A stretch of DNA of 64,000 nucleotides from Mobula hypostoma (taxonomy: Eukaryota). Shown here in pieces: positions 24,634-37,689 of this stretch (the first letter of the stretch is position 1; the number at the start of each line of letters is the position of its first letter). The DNA is taken from positions 203,052,001 through 203,116,000 of the forward strand of contig NC_086097.1 in assembly GCF_963921235.1 (NCBI RefSeq). The letters run 5' to 3'. The notes beneath the pieces are model-generated. The model saw nothing but the letters and a program-made list of their open reading frames with translations, was not told the origin of the DNA and searched no databases. A program made the translations under genes and the position numbers.

Positions 24634-26182
24634 TGGGTTCTGAAAGAAGTAGCTGGAGAGATTGTGGAGGCATTAACAATCATCTTTCAAGAATCGATAG
24701 ATTCTGGCATTGTACCAGATGACTGGAAAATTGCAAATGTTACTCGCTATTTAAGGAGGGTGGGAGGCAGCAGAAAGGAAACTATAGACCTGTTAGCCTG
24801 ACATTGGTGGTTGGGAAGTTGTTGGAATTGATTGTTAGGGATAAGATTATGGAGTACCTGGAGGCACATGACAAGATAGGCCAAAGCTAGCATGGTTTCC
24901 TGAAAGGAAAATCCTGCTTGGCTAACCTACTGCAATTTTTTGAGGAAATTACAAGCAAGATAGACAAAGGAGATGGAGTACTTGGTGTACTTGGATTTTC
25001 AGAAGGCCTTTGACAAGGTGCCGCACATGAGGCTGCTTAGCAAGATTAAGAGCCCATGGAATTACAGGGGAGTTACTAGCATGGGTGGAGCATTGGCCAA
25101 TCTGCCAAAAACAGACAGTGGGAATAAAGAGATCCTATTCTGGCTGGCTGCCAGTTACCAGTGGAGTTCCACAGGGGTCGGTGTTGGGACCGCTGCTTTT
25201 TACAATGTATGTCAAAGATTTGGACTATGGGAATAATAGATTTGTGGCTAAATTTGTCGATGATACAAAGGTAGGTGAAGGAGCGGGTAGTGTTAAGGAA
25301 ACAGAGAGCCTGCAGAGAGACTTGGATAGTTTAGGGGAATGGGCAAAGAAGTGGCAAATGAAATACAACGTTAGAAAGTGTATGGTCATGCACTTTGGTG
25401 GAAGAAATAAATGGCCAGACTCTTATTTAGAAGGGAAGAGAATTCAAAATGCAGAGATGCAAAGGGATTTGAGAGCCCTTGTGCAGGATACCCTAAAGGT
25501 TAACCTCCAGGTTGAGTCAGTTGTGAAGGCGGCGAATGCAATGTTGGCATTCTTTTCGAAAAGGTATAGAATATAAGAGCAGGGATGTGATGTTGAGGCT
25601 CTATAAGGCACTCGTGAGACCACACTTGGAGTATTGTGTGCAGTTTTGGGTTCCTCATTTTAGAAAGGATATACTGACATTGGAGAGGATTCGGAGAAGA
25701 TTCACGAGAATGATTCCAGGAATGAAAGGGTTACCAAATGAGGAATGCCTGGCAGCACTTGGGCTGTATTCCCTGGAGTTCAGGAGAATGAGGGGGGATC
25801 TCATAGCAACATTCTGAATGTTAAAAGGCCTGAACAGATTAGATATGGCAAAGTTATTTCCCGTGGTAGGGGAGTCTAGGACAAGAGGGCATGACCTCAG
25901 GATTGAAGGACGTCCATTTAGAACAGAGATGCAGAGAAATTATTTTAGCCAGAGGATGGTAAATCTGTGGAATTTGTTGCCACGAGTGACCGTGGAGGCC
26001 AAGTCATTGGGTGCATTTAAGGCAGAGATAGATAGGTTCTTGATTAGCCAGGGCATCAAAGGGTATGAGGAGAAGGCAGGGGAGTGGGGATGACTAGAAG
26101 AATTAGATCAGCTCATGATTGAATGGCAGAGCAGACTCAATGGGCCGAATGGCCTACTTCTGCTCCTATATCTTATGGTCTT
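24634..26182 (+). mobile_element. 5'-truncated CR1 LINE nested in a minus-strand CR1
   Basis: RT peptides (DFQKAFDKVPH, GVPQGSVLGP, LYKALVRPHLEYC); TCTTATGGTCTT tail. Confidence 0.88.
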
Positions 26183-27671
26183 AAATGTACTCAATGACTT
26201 GGCCTCCACATTTGCCTGTGTCAATGAATTCTAAATATTCACCTCCCTCTGGTTGAAGAAATTCATTCTTATCTCTGTTCTAAATAAATATCCCTCTATT
26301 CTGATACTGTGCCCTCTGGTCTTAAGACTCACCCACTGTAGGAAGCATCCTCACTACATCCACTCTATCCAGATATTTAACAATTTGATAGGTTTCAAAG
26401 AGACCCCCCCTCGTTCCTGGAATCATTCTTGTTAATCTCATCTGGACCCTCTCCAATGCCAGCACATCTCTTCTTAGGTAAGGGGCCCAAAACTGCTCAC
26501 AATACTCCAAGTGCGGTGTGACCAATGCCTCATAAAGCTTCAGCATAAATCATTTCTCTTATATTCTAGTCCTCTTGAAATAAATGCCAACGTTGCATTT
26601 GCCTTCCTTACTACCAACTCAACCTGCAAGTTAAACTTCAGGGAACCCTGCACAAGGATTCTGAAGTCCCATTGTACCTCTGATTTTTTAATTTTCTCCC
26701 CATTTAGAAAATATTCAGTGCCTTTATTCCTTCTAACAAAGTGCATGACCAAACACTTCCCTACGCTGTATTCCATCTGCCACTTCTTTGTGCATTCTCC
26801 CAGTCTAAGTCCTTTGGCAGACATCCTGCTTCCTCAACACTACTCGTCCCTCCACCTATCTTTGTATCATCTGCAAATTTGGCCACAAACCATCAATTCT
26901 GTAATCCAAATCATTCACATACAGTGTGAAAAGAAAGAAATCCAACACCAACCCCTGCAAAATATCACTAGTTACTGTCAACCAATCAGAAAAGGTTCCC
27001 TTTATTCCCATTCTTTGCCTCCTGCCAGTCAGCCAACCTCCTATCCATGCTAGAATCTTTCCAGTAATACCCTGGGCTCTTATCTTGTGCCACACCTTGT
27101 CAAAGCCCTTGTGCAACAACATCCTTTGTCTATCCTGTTATTTCTTCAGAGGATTCCAGCAGATTTGTCAGGCAAGATTGCTCATTAAGGACACTATACA
27201 GATTTTCACCTATTTTATCGTGTGCTTCCAAGTACCCCGAAACCTCACCCTTAAAAATGGACTGCAACAGCTTTCCAACCACTGAAGTCAGGCTAACTGG
27301 ACTAAAATTTCCTTCTGTCTCCCTCGCTTCTTGAAGAGTGGAGTGACATTTGCAATATTCTAGTCCTCCAAAATGATTCCAGAATCCAGTGATTCTTGGA
27401 TGTTTTTAGTTGCCTGCTGTTGGTTTTAAAAACTTCCCAATCATCTAACTTCCCACTATTTTTTGCTATATTTTATGCCCTTTCCTTTGATTTTATACGG
27501 TGTCTTTGACTTATCTTGTCAGCCATGGCATTAGAATGCTTCTTCATCTTTGGGAGGTATTTATCCTGTGCCTTCCAAATTATTTCTAGAAATTCCCACC
27601 ATTGTTGTTCTGCCGTCATCCTTGCCAATCGACTTTGGCTTTCTTCTCTCTCATGCCTCTACAATTCCCTT

Positions 27672-27886
27672 AGCTGTTGTTGTTGTCCTTTTCCAGGCCT
27701 TGTGGCACATCGGGCAGCAACATTGCCATATCTTGAGCATTTTTGTCTGTTTTTTTACAAAGCTGAGCTGCTAGCTTGACACTCCACCCAGTACGGATGG
27801 AAACTGAGCAGGGAACTGGGCAGATTAGAACCGGGGACCACTCAGCCTGAAGTCCGGTGCAGATGCCGCTAAACCACTGGCCAGCT
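27672..27886 (-). mobile_element. tRNA-derived SINE
   Basis: Minus strand begins with an A-box-like TGGTTTAGCGG and a B-box-like GGTTCTAATC, and ends in an (AAC)n tail; inserted in CR1. Confidence 0.65.
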
Positions 27887-28810
27887 TAATAATTCCTTTT
27901 ACTCCACTGTAATACTGATACATCTGACTTTATCTTCTCCCTCTGAAACTTCAGGGTGAATTCTATCATATTATCATCATCGCTTCAAAAGGGCTCCTTT
28001 ACCTTAAGCTCCCTTACGAAATATCGTTCTTTACATAACACCCAATCCAGACTTGATATTCCCCTAGTAGCCACAAGCTGCTCCAAAAAGCCATCTGATC
28101 AGCATTCTACAAATTTTATCTCTTGGGATCCAGCAACAACCTGATTTCCCAACCTGCCTGCATATTGAAATTCCCATGACTATCATAACATTATCTTTTT
28201 TAAAATGTTTTTTCTATCTCCCACTGTAATTTGTATCCCATATCCTGGCTACTATTTGGGGGCCTGTATAAAACTCCCATCAGGGTCTTTTTACCTTTGC
28301 AATTTCTTAACTCTACCCACAAGGATTCCAAGTCTTCTGATCCTATGCCACTTTTTTCTAAGGATTTGATTTCATTTTTACCAACAGAACCACCCCACAC
28401 ACCCTCTGCCTACCTGTCTGTCCTTTCGATACAAGGTGTATTCTTGGATGTTAAGCTCCCAGCTGTGCTCTTGCAGCCACGAATTTGCGATGCCCACAAC
28501 AATGTACCTGCCAATGTCCAATTGTGCTACAGGATCTTCTACATTATTCTATATACTGTGTGCATTCAAATATAACACCTTCAGACCTGTATTCATTACC
28601 CTTTTTGATTTTGTCCCCATATTACCTTCAACTCATCCCACTGACTGCAATTTTGCCCTATCACCTGCCTGTCCTTCCTCACAATCTCACTGTACACTGT
28701 ATCTACTTGTATACCAACTGCCACATCCTCAGGCCGATCATTCTGGCTCCCATCCCCCTGCCAAATTAGTTTAAATCCTCCCCAACAGCTCCAGCAAACC
28801 TGCCCACAAG

Positions 28811-30188
28811 TCTTTAAGAAGGAGGAAGGCAAAAGAAAGGAAATTATAGGCCAGTTAGCTTAACCTCAATGGTTGGGAAAGTGTTGGAGCTTATTATGAA
28901 GGATAAGGTTTCGAGATAAAATAAGTCAAAGTCAACATGGCTTCTGTAAAGGGAAATCTTGCCTGAAAAATCCGTTACAGTTCTTCGAGGATGTATCAAG
29001 TAAGGTGAACAAAGGAGAAGCAGTGGATGTCATTTACTTGGATTTTCAGAAGGCCACACATGAAGCTGCTTAACAAGATAAAATCCTATGGCATTACAGG
29101 AAAAAGATACTGCCATGGATAGCAAAATGGCTGACAGGCAGAAGGCAGCAAATAGGAATAAAAGGGGCCTTTTCTGGTTGGCTGCCGTTCACTAGTGGTG
29201 TTCCTCAGGGGTCAATATTGGGACTGCTGCTTTTCACATTACTTGTCAATAATTTAGATAATAGAATTGATGGCTCTCTAGCAAAGTTTGGAGCTGATAC
29301 AAAGATAGGAGGCGGGGTACATAGTGCTGAGGAAGCAATGCAATTGCAGCACAACTAAGACAAATTGGAAGAATGGGCAGAAAAGTGGCAGATGGAATAC
29401 AGTGTTGGGAAATGTATGACAATGCACTCTGGTAAAAGGAACAATATTGCAGACTGTTATCTAAATGGGGAGAAGGTTCAAACATCAGAGGTACAGAGAG
29501 ACTTAGGAGTCCTCGTGCAAGACTCCTGGAATGTTAATTTACTGGTTGAGTATGTGGTAAAGAAGGCAAATACAATGTTGGCACTTATTACAAAGGAAAT
29601 AGATTATAAAAGCAAGGAGATAATGCTGAGGCTTTAGAAGACACCAGTCAGACCACACCTGGAGTACTGTCAACAGTTTTGGGCCCCATATCTCAGAAAG
29701 GATGTGTTGTCATTGGAGGGAGTCCAGAGGAGGTTCACGAGGCTGATTCCAGGAATGAAGGGCTTAACATATAAGGAGAGTTTGGCAGCTTCGGCCCTGT
29801 ACTTACTGGAATTTAGAAGAATGTGGGGGGATCTCATCGAAACCTACTGAATATTGAAAGGATAGGGTGGATGTGGAGAGGATTTTTCCTATGGTGGAGG
29901 TATCCAGAACTAGAGGGCACAGCCTCAAAATTGAGGGGCGACCCTTTAGAACAGAGGAAAGGAGGAATTGTTTTAGCCAGAAAGTAGTAAATCTCTGGAA
30001 TGCCTCTGCCAGAGACTGCGGTGGAGGCCAAGTCTGTGTGATTCCTGATTGGTCAGGGCATCAAAGGATATGGTGAGAAGGCATGTGTATGGGGTTGAGT
30101 GGGACCCCGGATCAGCCGTGATGGAATGGCGGAAGAGACTCGATGGGTTGAATGGCATAATTCTGCTCCTACGTCTTATGGTCTTATG
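28811..30188 (+). mobile_element. 5'-truncated CR1 LINE nested in a minus-strand CR1
   Basis: EEWAEKWQMEYSVGKC and EVSRTRGHSLKIEGRPFRTE peptides; TCTTATGGTCTTATG tail. Confidence 0.85.
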
Positions 30189-30934
30189 ATATTAGTCCCC
30201 TTGGGTTCAAATGTAACCTGTCCTTTTTGTACAGGTCATACCTTCCGCAGAAGAGACCCCAGTGATCCAGAAATCTGAAACCCTACCCCCTGAAAAATTC
30301 CTCAGCCACACATTCATCTGGTAAATCATCCTATTCTTACCCTCAGCAGCGCGTGACACACACAAGAAGCAATCCAAAGATTCCTCCCCTGCAGGCCCTG
30401 CTTTTCAGCTTTCTACCTAACTCCCTATATTCTCTCTTCAGGGTCTCCTCCCATTTCCTACCTATGCCATTGGTACCAATATGTACCACAACTTCTGGCT
30501 GTTCACCCTCCCCCTTGGAAATGCTGTGGACCTGATTCGAATCCCTGACCATGACAACTGGGAGGCAAAATACCATCCCAGTGTCTTTGTCACGTCCACA
30601 GAATCCCTTAACTATGGAATCCCCTATCACTCCTGCACTTCTCTTCTCTCCTCTTCCCTTCTGAGCCAGACTGAGTGGCAAAGACCGACTCGCTGCAGCT
30701 TCTTTCTGGTTGGTTGGTCGTATCCAAAGCAGTACACTTATTATTGAGGGGAATGGCCACAGGGATACTCTGCACTGGCTGCCTATTCCCTTTCCCTCTC
30801 CTGACAGTCACCCAGGTACCTGCATTCTGAAACTTGGGGGTGACTACCTCGCCGTAGAGCCATCGATCACCCCCTCATTCTCCCATGTGAGCCACAGGTC
30901 ATTGAGCTGCAGCTCCAGCTTCTTAACACGGACC

Positions 30935-31370
30935 AGAGTAGGGGGAGAGGTTGGACAAGCTAGGATTTCATTCCTTGGAACATCGGAGATGGAGTGGTGA
31001 CCTTGCAGAGATATATATGATTTTCAAGAGTATAGACAGGGTGAACACACATCGTCTTTTTCCCAGGAAAGGGGAACTACAAACTGGAAGGTAGAGGTTT
31101 TAGGCGAGAGATGAAAGATTTAAAATGGACCTGAGGGACAACTTTATCTTACAGAGCGTGGTGTGTACAGGGGATGCCAAACAAAATGGTCGGGGCAAGT
31201 ATAATAATAACACGTAAAAGACATTTGGATAAGCACTTGGACAGGAGGAGTTCAGAAGGACATAGGCCAAACACGGACAAATGGCACGAGCCCAGTGGGC
31301 ACCACGTTGAGCTGTGCTGGGCAAGTTGGACTAAAGGATCTGCTTCCATGTTGGATTACTCTCTGAATGG
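30935..31370 (+). mobile_element. Old CR1 3' fragment
   Basis: Degenerate CR1 C-terminus and 3' UTR (GGGCAAGTTGGACTAAAGG...). Confidence 0.6.
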
Positions 31371-31412
31371 TCATTCAATATTTAACACAGTTGGATGTTA
31401 TCAATATGTTAC

Positions 31413-31622
31413 CTTTTGTTTTATCGCTGACCTCATCACCAGGAAGACCCAGTCTTTTTTTGCCAAAGTCTTGACCAACTGGCTTCAGAGCTGCTTTCAG
31501 TGGCCTCTCACTCCACTTAGAATACACAAATAATGAGGAAGACAGTGAGTCAGAGGATGGAAGGGAGTATTCTGCAAATGTGTCCAAACTGCTCCCTGTT
31601 AACCAATTAAAAGTCCGTGCAC
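31413..31622 (-). CDS. PRKDC: DNA-PKcs coding exon
   Basis: [69 protein letters not shown] (human [19 protein letters not shown]); 210 nt, phase 1 to 1. Confidence 0.95.
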
Positions 31623-31782
31623 CTAGGAAAAAATATTTAAAAAATGAATTAGAAGATAATAGTCATGCTTTATATTTGTAACATCTTTTACTGAAAAACT
31701 AATTTAGGTGTCTGAAAAGAAATTAATAGTTTCTAGTAATTCAAAATTTCAAATTACAACAGATGTTAGTGTCCATTGTGAT

Positions 31783-32173
31783 TTGAATCAGAATCAGGTT
31801 TATCATCACCAACATGGGTTGTGAAATTTGTTAACTTAGCAGCAGTAGTTCAATGCAATACAGAGTATAGAAGAAAAAAATAACTAATAAATAAATCAAT
31901 TACCGCATATGTATATGGAATAGATTAAAAATCATGCAAAAAGCAGAAATAATATAGATTAAAAAAGTGAGCTCATGTTCAAGGATTCAATGTCCATTTA
32001 GGAATTGGATGGCATAGGGGAAGAACTTGTTCCTGAATCGCTCTGCAAGGCCTTCAGGCTTCTGTACCTCCTACCTGATGGTAACAGTGAGAAAAGGGCA
32101 TGCCCTGGGTGCTGGACGTCCTTAATAATGGACGCTGCCTTTCTGAGACACCACTCCCTTAAGATGTCCTGGG
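31783..32173 (-). mobile_element. Rex1/Babar-like LINE 3' fragment abutting the Gypsy 5' end
   Basis: CLRKAASIIKDVQHPGHALFSLLPSGRRYRSLK peptide; (CTGATT)n tail at ~31785-31797. Confidence 0.78.
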
Positions 32174-32670
32174 TACACAACAAATTAGCGACGAGGATCA
32201 TGAACCTGCATCGTATCGGAACGCTGTGTTTTAATTGATAACGGCACTCAGAAGAGGCAGAGTGAGGCCACGAGCCTGAAAAGAAGTGGGAGTTCAGCCG
32301 GAGTTGGGAATGTCAGGAGACCGAAAGACACAGACGGAACCGCGGCGCGCCCAGGCGAGACCACAGCCAGCGTTGAACCCCAGGGCTGAAGGTCTGCCTG
32401 CCTCAGAAGGAAAAAAAGGAGCAACACATGTATCTAGCCAGAGTACACTCGCGACGCTGGCAAAAAAAAGGTAACGCGAGTCAAACAAGTAAACAAGGAA
32501 CCGGGGCTAAATTTACATAACAAGGATAAAGTAACATAACAAGGATGGCGTTAATTGGAACCATTACAGCATTTGATAGTGGCATTGAAGACTGGGCAAC
32601 TTATATTGAAAGAATAGAGTTATATTGTGATGCTAATGATGTTAATGCAGAAAAGAAAGCCAGCGTCTTA

Positions 32671-33723
32671 AGGTACGTCCACACTACGCCAGATAATTTT
32701 AAAAACGAAGCTTTTCCTCTTCGTTTTGACCCTCCATCCACACTAAAGCGGTGTTTTCATCCCCCGAAAACGGAGATTTTCAGAAACTGTCTCCAGAGTG
32801 AATAAATCTGAAAATGCCTAATATCCGCTGTAGTGTGTACGGGGTAACCGGAGAGATTTAAAAACACTGTCATGACAACACCACAACAACAATGCTTTTT
32901 CTGCTTCTGCTTGGTACTGCGCATGTACTGCTGTACGGCTGTTATAACGCGCAGTCGGTGTGAACGGCGTGAGAGTTAAATTATAAAGTAAGCTTTTTTG
33001 ACTATTTAAAAACGCTGTCATGACGTGCTGGAACAGATGGCCGCAGCGCGGCATTTCGTTGGTTTCTTGAACACAACCCCCCACATAACCTAACAATTTC
33101 AGAACAGACGGCAACGAGACTGAAGCCAGAAGAGTCAGAAATGTACTCACCAAATACTTTGACCCATAGCTTACTGAATAAATAAGTATACTCACTTTGC
33201 CCTGTTTTCTGTCCTTGCTTGTATGAAGGTAGTTTACCTATTTATGCAAGTACTTCTCTGACAATAGATGTGTAACAGCCTAATGTAACCATGTATGGAA
33301 ATACAAGATAACACTGATGCAGACATGTTTTATACATTTAACAAGGTGCTTTATTAACGCAACAGAGTTAGTCAGTTTTTCAATGTTCGTCATCAGCCGG
33401 GTCATACTGTCCGTGAACTCCCTGTCGGTTGCCTCCATACGCTCCAGTATTTGTTTTTTTTAGTTTTAAGCCCTCCTGTGCGAGAGCCAAGAGCAATTCC
33501 TTTGAAGTTTTTCTACTCTGTAACTGGACAAACGCGCACTAAGTATACCGTTTCCTCTTCGCTTGTTTTCTGTGTGTCCTGTGCGTGCCCAGTAGAGGAG
33601 ATTCACCCAAATATCCGTGTTAGTGTGGACAGAGATATTTTGAAAAAAGCATAGTGTGTACGCCTGTCGTTTTTACTCGAAACTGGCATTTTCAAAATTA
33701 TCTGGCGTAGTGTGGATGTAGCA
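32671..33723. mobile_element. Non-autonomous PIF/Harbinger DNA transposon inserted in Gypsy gag
   Basis: ~35-bp imperfect TIRs (AGGTACGTCCACACTACGCCAGATAATTTT and reverse-complement TGCTACATCCACACTACGCCAGATAATTTT); TTA TSD at 32668-32670 and 33724-33726; gag peptide resumes afterwards (SVMGAKTYGLLRSL). Confidence 0.88.
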
Positions 33724-36700
33724 TTAGTGTAATGGGCGCGAAAACATACGGCCTACTACGGAGCTTGTTAACCCCTGAAAAGCCAGCTGACAAAACTTTC
33801 AAGCAAATAATAGACACTCTCTAACAGCATTTAAACACCAAGCTGCTGGTCATTGCTGAAAGATTTAAATTCCATAAACGGAATCAGAGCAAAAATAAAA
33901 GCATTTCTGAATATTGTGCTGAGTTGTGCAAATTATCAGAACATTGTCAATTTGGAGCTAGTCTATCAGACGCATTGAAGGATAGGTTGGTGTGTGGCAT
34001 GCACTGTGAAACCACACAGAAGAAGCTCCTGTGTGAAAAAGACCTTACATTCGAGAAAGCGCTAAACATCTCAATATCATTAGAAACAGCCGCATGAGGT
34101 GCTTCAGAGATACAACAAAAATCTCTGGAATATGCTACTAATAAAATGTCACTGCGCACAAAATGAAAGAAATAAATGTTACCGTTGTGGGAACAGGTCA
34201 CACGACCCTGATGGTTGTTGGTTTAAAGATAAAGAATGCCGAAACTGTGGCAAACAAGGCCACAATGGCAGTATGCAAAGCTAGTCAACAGCAGGAAAAG
34301 GGCAAAATACAGAGAAACAAAAAACTCCAGGAAGGAAAATATAACAATGTACACAAAATGAAAGAAAGCAATTCTGATGAAAATGACTCAGACAAAAGTG
34401 AATTGTCTTGTCTGCCACATCACAACGTGAAAGACATATGATCGAAGAGTAATATGGATCACTCCACAAGTGGCAGGCATGAGACTGATAATGAAGTTGG
34501 ACATAGGCTCAGCCTTAACAGTGATCTCTGTACGCGACTGCAAACAACTGTTTTCACACATACCTCTGAAACGAACTAAACTACTGCTGAAGACTTACAC
34601 AGGACAGAAAGTGCATCCCAAAGGCAAAATTAAAGTGACAGTGACCCACGGAGGTTAAACATAGCAGCTGAACCTCTATGTACTGAAAAATGGAGGACGA
34701 TCGTTGCTGGGACATGAATGGCTCAGAAAATCCAGTTGGATTGGCACACCATCAAGGCACCAGATGTGTCAGCAAAGGAGGGCAGCAAGGCTACATCTAA
34801 GAGACTGTCGCAAATACTTGCTGACTCTGAGGAAGTGTTCATGAAAGGAATAGGAACACTTTGGGGCATGAAAGCAAAGACTGAGTTTGAGGAAAATGCT
34901 TATCCAAAATTTCACAAAGCCAAGCTAGTGCCATATGCAATCTGTCCTACAGTAGAGGCAGAGCTGAAAAATCTGGAGCAGACTGGGGTCCTGTCAAATT
35001 GTATTGGAGTGAATGGGCCACGCTTATTGTTCCAGTGATGAAGAAAACCTCCAGCACAAAACCAGGAAAACCAAGCAAGGTGCGCATATGTGGTGACTTT
35101 AAAGTGATTGTTAACCCAGTTTTCTGCACAGTACAGTATCCTCTACCCCGTATTGAGGACATTTTTGCTTCCCTGTCAGGAGGGGAACATTTCACAAAAA
35201 TTGATTTGACCCAGGCTTAACTTCAAATGGAAATTAAGGAAGCATCCAAGAAATACCTGACAATAGATGCACACAAAGGACTTTACCAGTACTACAGGTT
35301 GGTGTTTGGGATAGCATCAGCTCTTGCAATCTGGCAAAGGACAATGCGTCAGGTCCTGCAGGGGATTCCAGGGACTCAGTGTTACCTGGATGACATCATC
35401 GTCACCGGCAAGGATGACGACGAACATCTTTCTAACCTAAAACAAGTGCTCACCAGGTTACGAGAATATGGGTTCAGAGTTAATCAACAGAAATGTGAGT
35501 TTTTCAAAAAGGAAATTTCATACTGTGGGCATGTGATCAACAAGGATGGCTTACACATGTCTCAAGACAAGATAGAAGTGGTGCTTTGAGGCACCACTAC
35601 CTGAAAATGTGTCTCAGCTGAGAGCATATCTTGATCTAGTGAACTACTACCACAAGTTCTTGCCTAACCTATCCACAGTCGTACACCTACTAAATGTACT
35701 ATTACAGGCAGGAACACAATGGAAGTGGACTGAGAACTGTGAGAACTTCAGATGGGGTGCTCGCGCACTTTGACCCCTCCTTATCTATCCGATTAGCTTG
35801 TGATGCTTTGCTCCATGGGATAGGAGCTGTGTTATCGCACAAGTTTCCTGATGGCTCCGAAAGACCAATAGCCTTTGCCTCAAGAACACTAACTTCAGCT
35901 GAACGCAATTACGCATAGATTGACAGAGAGGCCCTAAGCCTCGTGTGGGGAGTTAAGAAATTCAGTCACTGCCTGTATGGCCAAAAGCTTGCTCTGTTGG
36001 CTTGTGTCAAATCTTCAATTCCAGAAAAGGTATTCCAGTGATGACAGTACAAAGGCTACAGCAATGGTACCTGTTTCTTGGGAGGTCACAGGTACGACAT
36101 TGAACACAACGGGACCAAGCAACATGGCAACGCAGATGGTTTTTCACATTTACCACTGCTGACTTCAGAGATAACTACACATATGGATTCATCAGAGGTC
36201 TTTCACACAACCATAGTTGGACAATTACCAGTAACAAACAGCCTCATTGAAAGGGAAACATGCAATGACCCTATGTTGTCAAAAGTGTATGACATCACGG
36301 TAAAGGGATGGGCAGCACAGGGTAACACACTGTTTCCAGCCTTCTCAGTGAGGAAGGAGCAGTTGTCAGTGTGTCAGGGAACACTAATGTGTGGCTCACG
36401 AGTTGTGATTCCTCCCAAGCTACATACCAGAGTGCTGGAGAAACTGCACAAGGGGCACCTGGGTACCATGAAGATGAAAGGTCTTGCCCGTGCCTCTGTG
36501 TGGTGGCCAGCAATCGGTAAACAAATTGAGGATGTGACCAAGAACTGCTCTGGATGTCAAAAGATCCAGAACACACCACCACAAACCCCTCTCCATCTGT
36601 GGGAGTGGCCCTCATCACCAAGGCAGTGAGTGCACATTGACTTTGCTGGACCATTCATGGACTATCTTTTTAACCGCTGTTTATGCACATTCCAAATGGC

Positions 36701-37689
36701 CAGAGGTCATCAAAATGAAGACAATGACATCGGAAAAGACCATTACAGTGCTGAGGACCATGTTCGCCAGAAATCGCATACTAGAGCAAATCTGCAGAGA
36801 CAATGGACGACAATTTGTCTCTGAAGAATTCCAAAGTTTTGTGAAGAACAATAGAATCAAGCACTTTACATCGGCTCCTTACCGTCCATCCACAAATGGC
36901 TTGGCAGAAAGATTTGTACAGACATTCAAGAAAGCCCTTAAGGCAAGGGACGGCGAAAATCGATCACTACAACACAAGATAGACAGCTTCCTCCTTGCCT
37001 ATCGTAATGCAGTACATGCAAACACTAATCAGACTCCAGCAATGATGTTTCTGAACAGGAACCTGAGGTCCCGCATGGATCTTCTCAAACCAAATGTACG
37101 GCGTGATGTGGAGAACGGACAGTTCAAACACTTGAATGTTAAGTCAACATGGTGCTTCATTGTGGAACGGTCAGTTCTTGCATGGGATTATCGGACTGAA
37201 AAGTGGCAGCTGGGTATAATTTCCGCCATAGACGGGCCACTGATGTATAGAGTACAAGTGGGAGAGAGTGTATGGAGACGTCATGTGGATCAAATCCAGG
37301 ATCTTCATGTGAGAAACTCAACAACACCTTTCCCGGACTCCCATGACACAGAAGCACATCATGTGGATCAAATCCTGAATGCTCAGGTGGAAAACACGAC
37401 AACATCTTGCCCTGACTCCCCGGACATAGAAACAAACACTCCTGATGTGACCACATCAGCCTTGCCCACAGATAAGCCTGTCGTCAGTGCTGAGGACCCA
37501 CCTGATGTACCTGTGGAGACTAATTCCCCAAATCAGACGTTGCAGGGCAGCCGTTACCCAGAGAGGCAGAGAAAACCCCCCCACAGAGATTTCAGTTATC
37601 ATAATTATTATTATTACATTACTTTGTTATAATTTCATATTATTAAGTTTCTAGTTAATCAGTTGGTGGGCGTTTGTATACTAAGGGTA

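Larger units (their letters stand above)
24485..30930 (-). mobile_element. Long decayed CR1 LINE (ORF1 esterase remnant, APE, RT, 3' UTR) interrupted by two plus-strand CR1s and a SINE
   Basis: ORF1 SGNH-like VIGDSIV...VVVHIGTNGIG (30343-30681); APE ESLWVELRNCKGKKTLMGVLYRPP (28200-28400); RT pieces 26300-27120. Host sequence rejoins across 24634/26183 and 28810/30188. Confidence 0.82.

Noticed and set aside
32545..32805. 86-aa ORF as a complete protein
   Set aside because: The Gypsy gag N-terminus reads through into the Harbinger TIR.
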